Assembly: GCA_965602015.1 (NCBI GenBank)
Contig: OZ271918.1
Span: 2,656,001-2,720,000 of the forward strand
Direction: 5' to 3'
DNA from: Salinispira sp.
GTDB taxonomy: Bacteria > Spirochaetota > Spirochaetia > DSM-27196 > Salinispiraceae
Length of the DNA: 64,000 bases
Shown here: piece by piece, positions 57,078 to 64,000 of the stretch
Numbering within the stretch: the stretch's first letter is position 1
Layout of the letters: the number at the start of each line of letters is the position of its first letter
Notes under the pieces: model-generated
Databases searched by the model: none
Seen by the model: only the letters and a program-made list of their open reading frames with translations
What the model was told of the DNA's origin: nothing
Made by a program: the position numbers and the translations under genes

Positions 57078-58628
57078 CTACTCCCGGTAGAGCTCGAGGA
57101 TCTGAAGCATTCGCTCTTTGTTCGCCATAAAAATGTCCACGACCTTCGGATCAAACTGGGTTCCCGAATGCTCTTTGATGTACGCAATCGCCTCATCCAC
57201 GTCCCAGGCGGGCTTGTATACCCGGTCGTGCACCAATGCGTCGAACACATCGACAATCGCCACTATGCGGCCGGTCATGGGAATGTCATCGGCCTTCAGG
57301 TTCTTCGGGTACCCGCTGCCGTCCCAGCGCTCGTGGTGGCTCAGGGCAATTTCGGCGGCGAGCTTTAATACCCCCCTGTTGCCGGTTTTCAGGATTTCAT
57401 TGCCGATGAGGGTGTGCTTTCTCATGTCGATGAGTTCCGTATCGTTTAATTTACCGGGTTTTTGCAGGATCCTGTCATCAATGCCGATTTTGCCGATATC
57501 GTGCATGGGAGCCGCCAGCCGGATCAGTTCAGTGTCGGTTTCACTGAATCCCAGCTGGGAAGCCAGCAAGGCCGCCATTTCTCCGACCCGCCGAACATGA
57601 TTGCCGGTTTCTTTCGAGCGGGACTCCACAACTTCTCCCAGGGTGAAAATGATTTCCTTCTGGGTGTTTTCCATTTGCAGATTCAAAAAGAGATTGGTGA
57701 AGGCGATGGCCACATTGGTGGAAAACACGGTTATCAGCTCACGGTCAACCTCCGACAGCCGGTCGTTGGTCTTCAGGAGGATGATATTTTCCGTGCCCTC
57801 GTCCACTTCAAAGTACCCCACATAGGCCCCGTCCTCAAAAAACGATCGGCGATGTTCAATGGCCCGTTCGATCAGTTCAACGACCTGGGAATCGCGGAAC
57901 TCATCGAGGCGCACACCGGTGGCATCGGCATAGGAACCGGTTCCCGCGAGAATGCGGTATTCATCCCGGGTCCGGCGCACCGCAATGCCTTCGGCCCTGA
58001 GGTAGAGGCTGTCGTCGTCCATTTTTAACAGAGATGTCAGCTGGAGGAGGACGCCCGAGTAAAAATTCGTGAACGAACGGTTGCGAAACAGCTCCCCGCT
58101 GGCGGCGACTATCTTCTCGAACCCTTCCTTGCTTCTTCGGATGCGTTTTAAGTCTCTGTACCCCCGCAAGGCGACGGTAATCGCCGTGTAGAGTTTGATA
58201 TCGGTAATTTCGGTCTTTGATTTGTAATCGTTGATTTCATAGTCGGTGATGACTTTCTTTTCAGGCGCAGCCCCTGGCTGGCCGGTGCGAAGAATGATGC
58301 GAACCTGGCTGTTGCTGAGGTCCTCCCGGATCCACTTGGCTAGTTTGAGACCCGCATCATCGGTCTCCATGACCACGTCGAGAAGAATTACTGCGATGTC
58401 GTTCTCCCGGCTGAGCACCTCTCTGGCCTCTTTGGCAGAGTACGCAGAGAGCAGTTCGATTTTGCGGTTGTCGAGTTCATAATCCCGGAGAACGAGTTTG
58501 GTAATGACATGAACTTCCTCGTCATCATCGACGACCAGTACGAGCCAGGGTTTCAAACCCCGCTGGAGAGAAGCTTTTTCCGGCTCGTCGGCGAAGATGA
58601 GCAGGTCATCATTTTTTTCTGCTGCCAC
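57078..58628 (-). CDS. Response regulator: REC + DUF3369-like + HD-GYP c-di-GMP phosphodiesterase
   Basis: LLDVVMETDDAGL, RTGQPG, HDIGK, HHERWDGSGYP. Confidence 0.9.
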   Translation of the reverse strand: MAAEKNDDLLIFADEPEKASLQRGLKPWLVLVVDDDEEVHVITKLVLRDYELDNRKIELLSAYSAKEAREVLSRENDIAVILLDVVMETDDAGLKLAKWIREDLSNSQVRIILRTGQPGAAPEKKVITDYEINDYKSKTEITDIKLYTAITVALRGYRDLKRIRRSKEGFEKIVAASGELFRNRSFTNFYSGVLLQLTSLLKMDDDSLYLRAEGIAVRRTRDEYRILAGTGSYADATGVRLDEFRDSQVVELIERAIEHRRSFFEDGAYVGYFEVDEGTENIILLKTNDRLSEVDRELITVFSTNVAIAFTNLFLNLQMENTQKEIIFTLGEVVESRSKETGNHVRRVGEMAALLASQLGFSETDTELIRLAAPMHDIGKIGIDDRILQKPGKLNDTELIDMRKHTLIGNEILKTGNRGVLKLAAEIALSHHERWDGSGYPKNLKADDIPMTGRIVAIVDVFDALVHDRVYKPAWDVDEAIAYIKEHSGTQFDPKVVDIFMANKERMLQILELYRE

Positions 58629-58717
58629 ACATTCCTACCTTTATTTTATAAGCATAGATGATGCTTTATGCCCATTTCAAATTTCTCCGGGGAAAATTAA
58701 TGCATTTCCCTTTCCTA

Positions 58718-59536
58718 TCACCCCTGATGCTGGATGAGATTCAGATATCTCCCGGGCAGCGGGTCGAATGGGGCTTTTTCAAGAGCGTCGAAGAACAGCT
58801 TCCGTGATTCAGCCAGAAGCCCGGCGTGAAACGCCGAGATGCCCCGGTCGGTTAATCGGCGGTTTACCCTGAGAATCCTTCCCTCGTATTCGGGATAGGT
58901 ATGCAAATCCTCGTATATGCCCCGGGCGCCGTACTCGTCCCCGGCGGATCGCATGCCTATCAGTCGGCAGTCTGCATTGAGCAGCGCATCCCCGGCGCAG
59001 CGCTCGCCGAGAATCAGCCTTGCCCGGCAGGCTCTGCCCTCCTCCAAAAGAGCCTGCAGATAATCAGGGCAGGAAGGAAGGCAGAGGGCGGCACCCCGGT
59101 TTGCAAAACTCACTATCCGCACCGGTTGGATGCTCGACGCAATGCGCGGATTGAGGGAGCCGCGCGTGTCCGCAGATGAAACGGCCTGTGACATATGGGC
59201 AAAAAGCGATCTGGCGACGCCGGCCAGGGAACCGGCTTCGCCGTCGACCAGGAATAGAAAATCTTCTCCCATTCGGGACAGCTCGCAGACCAGTTCACCG
59301 GAAAATGCGTTCTCCAAGGCACTGTGCACGGTTTCCAGCAGCGGCAAAAGCCCGGATTCCCCGGTCTCGAGGAGGGAATCGTACAAACCGGGCAGCTGCA
59401 GCATGATGAGCCCCGCTTCAATTTTGATATGGCGCCGAGACTCCAACTCTCCGGCAATACCCTTTGCTGCGCTCCATTGCAGAAGATCGGAACTAATGCC
59501 CGGGCCTTCGGGATTATTGTGTTCATTCCCGTTCAT
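58718..59536 (-). CDS. Hypothetical protein, possibly a degenerate class III nucleotide cyclase with TPR-like tail
   Basis: Weak resemblance: MGEDFLFLV, RLIG..GIYE, ESRKLFFDALEKAPFDPLPGRYL. Confidence 0.5.
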   Translation of the reverse strand: MNGNEHNNPEGPGISSDLLQWSAAKGIAGELESRRHIKIEAGLIMLQLPGLYDSLLETGESGLLPLLETVHSALENAFSGELVCELSRMGEDFLFLVDGEAGSLAGVARSLFAHMSQAVSSADTRGSLNPRIASSIQPVRIVSFANRGAALCLPSCPDYLQALLEEGRACRARLILGERCAGDALLNADCRLIGMRSAGDEYGARGIYEDLHTYPEYEGRILRVNRRLTDRGISAFHAGLLAESRKLFFDALEKAPFDPLPGRYLNLIQHQG

Positions 59537-59589
59537 ATTGTATATGCTACTTCATCGCCGGAGAGACTGCATGGTTTTCTTCGGTTTTT

Positions 59590-59618
59590 TTGACAAGCTA
59601 AGCCCATACTGCTATGGT
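59590..59618 (+). promoter_or_regulatory. Sigma70-like promoter upstream of the hypothetical gene and proAB
   Basis: TTGACA-17 nt-TATGGT with TGn extension. Confidence 0.6.
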
Positions 59619-59647
59619 AATGGCATCTTGAAAAGGCAGGCTGCGCA

Positions 59648-60193
59648 ATGGCTGTACAGTGGATCAGCAACACGATTTTTATCTCAAAAATCAAGGATGC
59701 GGGACCTATTTATGACCTGCTTCACGAGCTGATCGCCTTAATCCGTTCCCGGGAAGAGCGCTACTTCAGCGTTCGCAGCAGCATAGACTTGGAATTTCTT
59801 CATATAAATCTGTGCTTCGTCGACAAGGAGTTCAAGGTAATCCTCCATATTCTCTCAAGCGAAAGCATTATCGATCCGGTGTCGTCCTATCTTTCTGCTT
59901 CATACGATAATTTGAACATCAAATGCGTTGAAATCAATTCAGCTGAGGACCGGGTCAACCTTCTTGTCCACGAGAAGGGCGAACTGCAAAGCGAGAAAAC
60001 CGTACCAAAGGGACTCAGCCGTCATCTCATCGAAGAACTTGAGAAAACCCCTTCCCAGGGACGCTGCTTTTCCCTCACCGTGCCCGAACTGTTCAACCAG
60101 ACCCAGGCCCGCTTTATTGAAAGCCTCTCGGAACTAAAATACAATAGGAAAACTGAGCCCCAGCTCGACCCCGATGACGATCTTGCCTTTTAG
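59648..60193 (+). CDS. Hypothetical protein
   Basis: 181-aa ORF filling the gap between the promoter and proA; no family recognised. Confidence 0.7.
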   Translation: MAVQWISNTIFISKIKDAGPIYDLLHELIALIRSREERYFSVRSSIDLEFLHINLCFVDKEFKVILHILSSESIIDPVSSYLSASYDNLNIKCVEINSAEDRVNLLVHEKGELQSEKTVPKGLSRHLIEELEKTPSQGRCFSLTVPELFNQTQARFIESLSELKYNRKTEPQLDPDDDLAF

Positions 60194-60226
60194 GCCGGTC
60201 GGACGGGGTAATCCGGGAGAAGAACT

Positions 60227-61543
60227 ATGCACAGTAGCGATATCGCTCATAAAGCACATACTGCGGCAATACGCCTTGCCGGTCTGGATTCAGCGGTAAA
60301 AAACCGCGCGCTTAGCAATATAATAGACGGCCTGGAAAAACGCCGTGATGAAATTGCCGCGGCAAACCGGGCCGATTTACTGCGCAGCGAAAAAGAGCAG
60401 CTTGCCGCTCCGCTTTTAAAACGATTGCGATTCAACGCAGAAAAACTCGAAGAGGTTGTCACGGGAATCCGGGCCCTCATCGAACTACCAGACCCCATCG
60501 GAGAAGTGCTCGAGGCCCGGGAGCTGTCTGAGGGCCTGAACCTCTACAAGGTCCGTTGCCCAATCGGCGTCATCGCCATGATATTCGAATCCCGGCCCGA
60601 CGCGGCAGTTCAAATCGCCACCCTTGCCCTGAAAAGCGGAAACGCCGTCCTGCTTAAAGGCGGGCGCGAAGCCCGGGAAACCGTGAATGTCCTGTGCTCC
60701 ATTATCCACGACGAGGCGGTACGCGCCGGGTTTCCCGAAGGCTGGGTCGGCGTCCTGGAGACCCGGGAAGAGGTTTCTGAAATCCTCACCCTGGACCAGT
60801 ATATAAACCTGATTATTCCCCGGGGATCAAACGAGTTCGTTCAGCATATCATGCGCAACAGCAATATTCCCGTGCTGGGTCATGCCGATGGAATTTGCCA
60901 TCAATACATTCACTCGGATGCGGACACGCAGATGGCCGTCGAGCTGGCCGTTGATTCCAAGACCCAATACGTCGCGGTGTGCAACGCCATGGAAACCCTG
61001 CTGATTCATTCCGATGCGGCGCAGCGCATTCTGCCGGTCATCGCGGAAAAAATGGCGGAAAAGTCTGTGGAACTGCGAGGATGCCCCAGGACCGGAGAAA
61101 TCCTGCGGCAAATCACCCCGGCTGCGGAAGAAGATTGGTCCACCGAATACCTCGACTATATTTTATCAATCAAGGTCGTCGACAGTCTTGAGGACGCCGT
61201 CGAGCATATAAACCGATACGGGTCCGGACACACCGACGGCATCATCACCGCAGACCCCGGGGCTGCCCGGCGCTTTATCTCGTCTGTGGACAGCGCCAGC
61301 GCCTTATGGAATTGCTCCACCCGGTTCGCAGACGGATTCCGCTACGGTCTTGGAGCCGAAGTAGGCATCAGCACCCATAAAATTCACGCCAGGGGGCCGG
61401 TGGGCATGGACGGCCTGACAATTTATCAGTGGCAGGCAATGGGCCAGGGGCAGACCGTAGGAGAATTTTCTGACGGACGCCGCAGCTATACCCACAAACC
61501 CATCGATACCGCTGGGTATCCCTTTCACGGCAAAGGGAAATAA
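60227..61543 (+). CDS. proA: Gamma-glutamyl phosphate reductase
   Basis: IFESRP, IPRGS, VCNAME, STRFADG, HARGPVG. Confidence 0.96.
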   Translation: MHSSDIAHKAHTAAIRLAGLDSAVKNRALSNIIDGLEKRRDEIAAANRADLLRSEKEQLAAPLLKRLRFNAEKLEEVVTGIRALIELPDPIGEVLEARELSEGLNLYKVRCPIGVIAMIFESRPDAAVQIATLALKSGNAVLLKGGREARETVNVLCSIIHDEAVRAGFPEGWVGVLETREEVSEILTLDQYINLIIPRGSNEFVQHIMRNSNIPVLGHADGICHQYIHSDADTQMAVELAVDSKTQYVAVCNAMETLLIHSDAAQRILPVIAEKMAEKSVELRGCPRTGEILRQITPAAEEDWSTEYLDYILSIKVVDSLEDAVEHINRYGSGHTDGIITADPGAARRFISSVDSASALWNCSTRFADGFRYGLGAEVGISTHKIHARGPVGMDGLTIYQWQAMGQGQTVGEFSDGRRSYTHKPIDTAGYPFHGKGK

Positions 61544-61545
61544 GC

Positions 61546-62733
61546 GTGGCTTCACAAAGTCGGAACTCTTCAGCTGATGTGATGCAGAGCGGCAGCGAGG
61601 AGCAGGAGAGCCGCCGACGCCTTGCCGGGGCAAGGCGGGTTGTCATCAAAATCGGTACGGCGACCATCAGCTCCGCCGACGGTCCGGGAATCGATGTGCC
61701 GTATCTCACGTCGCTGGCCGCATCGGTAGCCGGGCTGCGGGAGAGGGGCATTCAGCCACTGATCGTCAGCTCCGGCGCCATCGGCATGGGGGCCCGGGCC
61801 CTGGGCCTCACACAGCGCAGTCAGAGCGTGAGCATGCGCCAGGCCTGCGCCTCCATAGGCCAGCCCGTGCTCATGCAGCATTACCGTGAAGCATTTCTCA
61901 GCTACGGCATCATCACTTCGCAAATACTGGTTACCAGGGATCTGTTCAATCAGCGCGACCGATTCAACAATTTGAAGAACACCGTCGAAAAGCTGCTCAA
62001 ACTGGGCACCGTGCCGATATTTAATGAAAACGACAGTATCAGCACCGAAGAAATCGGCTCGAATTTCGGCGATAATGATCAGCTGTCAGCCCACGTCGCC
62101 AGTAAAATCGATGCGGAGCTGCTCATCCTTTTGAGCGACATAGACGGACTGTATGACAGCAATCCCCGGCAGAACAGCGACGCCCGGTTTATCTCCTACG
62201 TTCCCGAGTTGCAGGACCGCCATCACCGTTCCGCCCGGGGCAAGGGAAGCGCCCACTCCACCGGCGGCATGGCCACCAAACTCAAAGCGGTCGAAATCGC
62301 CCGTGATGCGGGCTGCAGGGTGTTGCTGGCCAACGGCCGCGAGCCGGAAATACTCGAATCGATTATCGACGGCCGGCAGGTCGGCACCCTTTTTGAATCG
62401 AGCAAGGCGATTCGCCAGCGAAGCCGTTGGATAAAAAACGCCGCTCCCGCCGGGAGCATTACGGTGGACAGCGGCGCCCTCGACGCAATCCTCAAGCACC
62501 GGAGCCTTCTGCCTAGAGGCATCGTGGCGGTGGACGGGGTGTTCCCCCGCGGGTCGGTAGTGACGGTAAACGAAAAGGTTAAACTGATCAGCGCCTTCGA
62601 CAGCGGCGAGCTGGAAAAAATCATCGGCAAATTCAGCACCGAGATTTCCGATATCCTGGGTCCCGGTAGCCCGGAAGTGATAGCCCGCCCTGAAGACATG
62701 TTTATACCTGACAGTACTTCGCAGGGCGGGTGA
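61546..62733 (+). CDS. proB: Glutamate 5-kinase with PUA domain
   Basis: VIKIGT, VSSGA, NEND, FGDNDQLS, TGGMATKL. Confidence 0.95.
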   Translation: MASQSRNSSADVMQSGSEEQESRRRLAGARRVVIKIGTATISSADGPGIDVPYLTSLAASVAGLRERGIQPLIVSSGAIGMGARALGLTQRSQSVSMRQACASIGQPVLMQHYREAFLSYGIITSQILVTRDLFNQRDRFNNLKNTVEKLLKLGTVPIFNENDSISTEEIGSNFGDNDQLSAHVASKIDAELLILLSDIDGLYDSNPRQNSDARFISYVPELQDRHHRSARGKGSAHSTGGMATKLKAVEIARDAGCRVLLANGREPEILESIIDGRQVGTLFESSKAIRQRSRWIKNAAPAGSITVDSGALDAILKHRSLLPRGIVAVDGVFPRGSVVTVNEKVKLISAFDSGELEKIIGKFSTEISDILGPGSPEVIARPEDMFIPDSTSQGG

Positions 62734-62898
62734 TACCCGCCCTGAAGACATGTTTATACCTGACAGTACTTCGCAGGGCGGGTGATACCCGCCATAAAGA
62801 CATGTCTATACCTGACAGTACTTCGCAGGGCGGGTGATACCCGCCCTGAAGACATGTTTATACCTGACAGTACTTCGCAGGGCGGGTGATACCCGCCC
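62684..62898. repeat. Tandem repeat, 4 x 52 bp plus a partial copy, covering the proB 3' end
   Basis: Unit CCCGCCCTGAAGACATGTTTATACCTGACAGTACTTCGCAGGGCGGGTGATA starts at 62684, 62736, 62788 (3 substitutions) and 62840. Confidence 0.95.
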
Positions 62899-62902
62899 TT
62901 TT
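62879..62902 (+). terminator. Terminator-like hairpin after proB (last repeat copy)
   Basis: AGGGCGGGT-GAT-ACCCGCCCT followed by a short T-run. Confidence 0.6.
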
Positions 62903-63743
62903 ACTCCGGGACCCGGCTGTCGGCCATGATGGATTCGAATGTATCCCGGTCCCGGCAGAAAATGGCGTGGCGCTTCATGCGCCAGTGCCTCCTTGGTTCA
63001 ACCGGGGGGATGTCCCAAAACTCATCATGCACCTCGGTGGTGAACTCCCTTCCGTCGTCGAAATACGCCCGCATTCCCAGTTTTTGCAGGATGGGCATTC
63101 CCGCCGCCAGGTCCCAAAGTCGGGTCCGGGTGAGGTATCCGATGCTTCCTCCGGTGGCTAAGTAGAACATGGCTGATACGCAGGATCCTGTAGAAAGGGC
63201 GGAGAATCGACCGTTATATCTCCCCCATTTAACGACGGTCTGACTCACGGTAATTACCGGACTGCTTTTTCTCGGTTCCGGCGGTTCGAGGGGTGATAGA
63301 TCATTGAGTGAGGGGAAGCCCTCGTGGCTTTTTCCGTAAAGAACCGCGCTTGCATCGCTCATTATCAGTTCGCCGGTAGAGGGGAACAGTATTGCTCCCT
63401 CGCTCAGCCGTCCGTGGTCCATATAGCCAAGGGAGATCCCCCAGCCCGGCAGGTCGTTTGAGTACAACACCGTTCCGTCCACAGGATCGGTAATGAAACA
63501 CTCTCCGTTTAATGCTTTTCGGTGATATTCATCGCCCTGCTTCTTTGACGTTTCTTCTCCGATAAAATAGCTATTTTTATGTCCGGATAGCCGTTTTACA
63601 ATGAGATCTTCGATGCGGGTGTCGGCTTCGGTGACAATGGTATTATCGCTTTTGATGCTGCGTTTTGCAGAATGTTGTATATCGAGGGCGAGGCGTCCGC
63701 ACTCGCCCAACAGGCCTGCAATTTCAGCGGGCTTCCAAGGCAT
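62901..63743 (-). CDS. Inositol monophosphatase family protein
   Basis: VTEAD, IGEE, DPVDGT, WDLAAG. Confidence 0.9.
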   Translation of the reverse strand: MPWKPAEIAGLLGECGRLALDIQHSAKRSIKSDNTIVTEADTRIEDLIVKRLSGHKNSYFIGEETSKKQGDEYHRKALNGECFITDPVDGTVLYSNDLPGWGISLGYMDHGRLSEGAILFPSTGELIMSDASAVLYGKSHEGFPSLNDLSPLEPPEPRKSSPVITVSQTVVKWGRYNGRFSALSTGSCVSAMFYLATGGSIGYLTRTRLWDLAAGMPILQKLGMRAYFDDGREFTTEVHDEFWDIPPVEPRRHWRMKRHAIFCRDRDTFESIMADSRVPE

Positions 63744-63841
63744 ACTTCCTCCCGTATATAATCAAAGAGTACCAGAAGCCGCCCCGGCTTACAATTAAGC
63801 GCCCAAGCCGAGGGCTCTACCACATACCCAGGAGACATGCG

Positions 63842-64000
63842 ATGAATACCCGGATACTCGCCTGCATCGACTTTTCACCCCTTACAGAAAGAATCGCCGA
63901 GGAAGCAAAAAAAATGGCAGCGGCGACCGGCGGATCGGTCATGCTCGTCAGCGTGATCGGGGAAAAACCGTCGATGCCCCAGTCGGTGGTCCACGACAAC
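63842..64000 (+). CDS. Universal stress protein (5' part; runs off the window)
   Basis: AGGAG SD; MNTRILACIDFSPLTERIAEEAKKMAAATGGSVMLVSV matches the USP N-terminus. Confidence 0.75.
   Translation, partial: MNTRILACIDFSPLTERIAEEAKKMAAATGGSVMLVSVIGEKPSMPQSVVHDN

Noticed and set aside
60227..62733. proA-before-proB order as unusual
   Set aside because: A simple order variant with both genes intact; I recall the same order in other spirochaetes
62684..62898. CRISPR array
   Set aside because: The units are contiguous near-identical repeats with no unique spacers, the first copy is proB coding sequence, and no cas genes are in the window

Overview
A GC-rich bacterial chromosomal window, tentatively from a free-living spirochaete (lipoprotein signals and 'FAAGGxE'-type signal peptides; inference only). 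It is densely coding. I saw no rRNA, tRNA, CRISPR array, prophage or transposase. From left to right it holds: a purine-catabolism/molybdenum-cofactor region (ygfK-like oxidoreductase running off the left edge, adenine deaminase, FecCD-type ABC importer, MocA-like transferase, NTPase); two PKD/Ig surface lipoproteins flanking a DEAD-box helicase; Pmp3, DUF432, MscS and an M20 peptidase; a CoA-disulfide reductase-rhodanese fusion; an orphan histidine kinase; a GH4 glycosidase with AraC; AlkC; a MacAB/FtsX-type exporter operon led by a solute-binding lipoprotein; corA; a complete chemosensory cluster; msrC and a Cys/Met PLP enzyme; a TPR-GGDEF cyclase; an MFS transporter; pstSCAB-phoU with Pho-box-like repeats; a REC-HD-GYP protein; proA-proB; an inositol monophosphatase; and a partial USP. 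The most notable observations are five. (1) The chemosensory cluster contains a J-domain protein with four MshEN-like (c-di-GMP-binding-type) repeats, a MinD/FlhG ATPase, and a two-Hpt CheA that also carries an MshEN-like motif. (2) A TA-flanked palindromic MITE-like element occurs in a 'filled' form (13030-13178) and an 'empty' form (25480-25527), both in probable 5' regulatory regions. (3) An importer-type binding protein is translationally coupled to an exporter-type ABC system. (4) A + strand terminator/antiterminator pair lies antisense to the long ygfK leader. (5) A 4x52-bp tandem amplification covers the proB 3' end. All family assignments come from motif recognition by eye; no searches were run.
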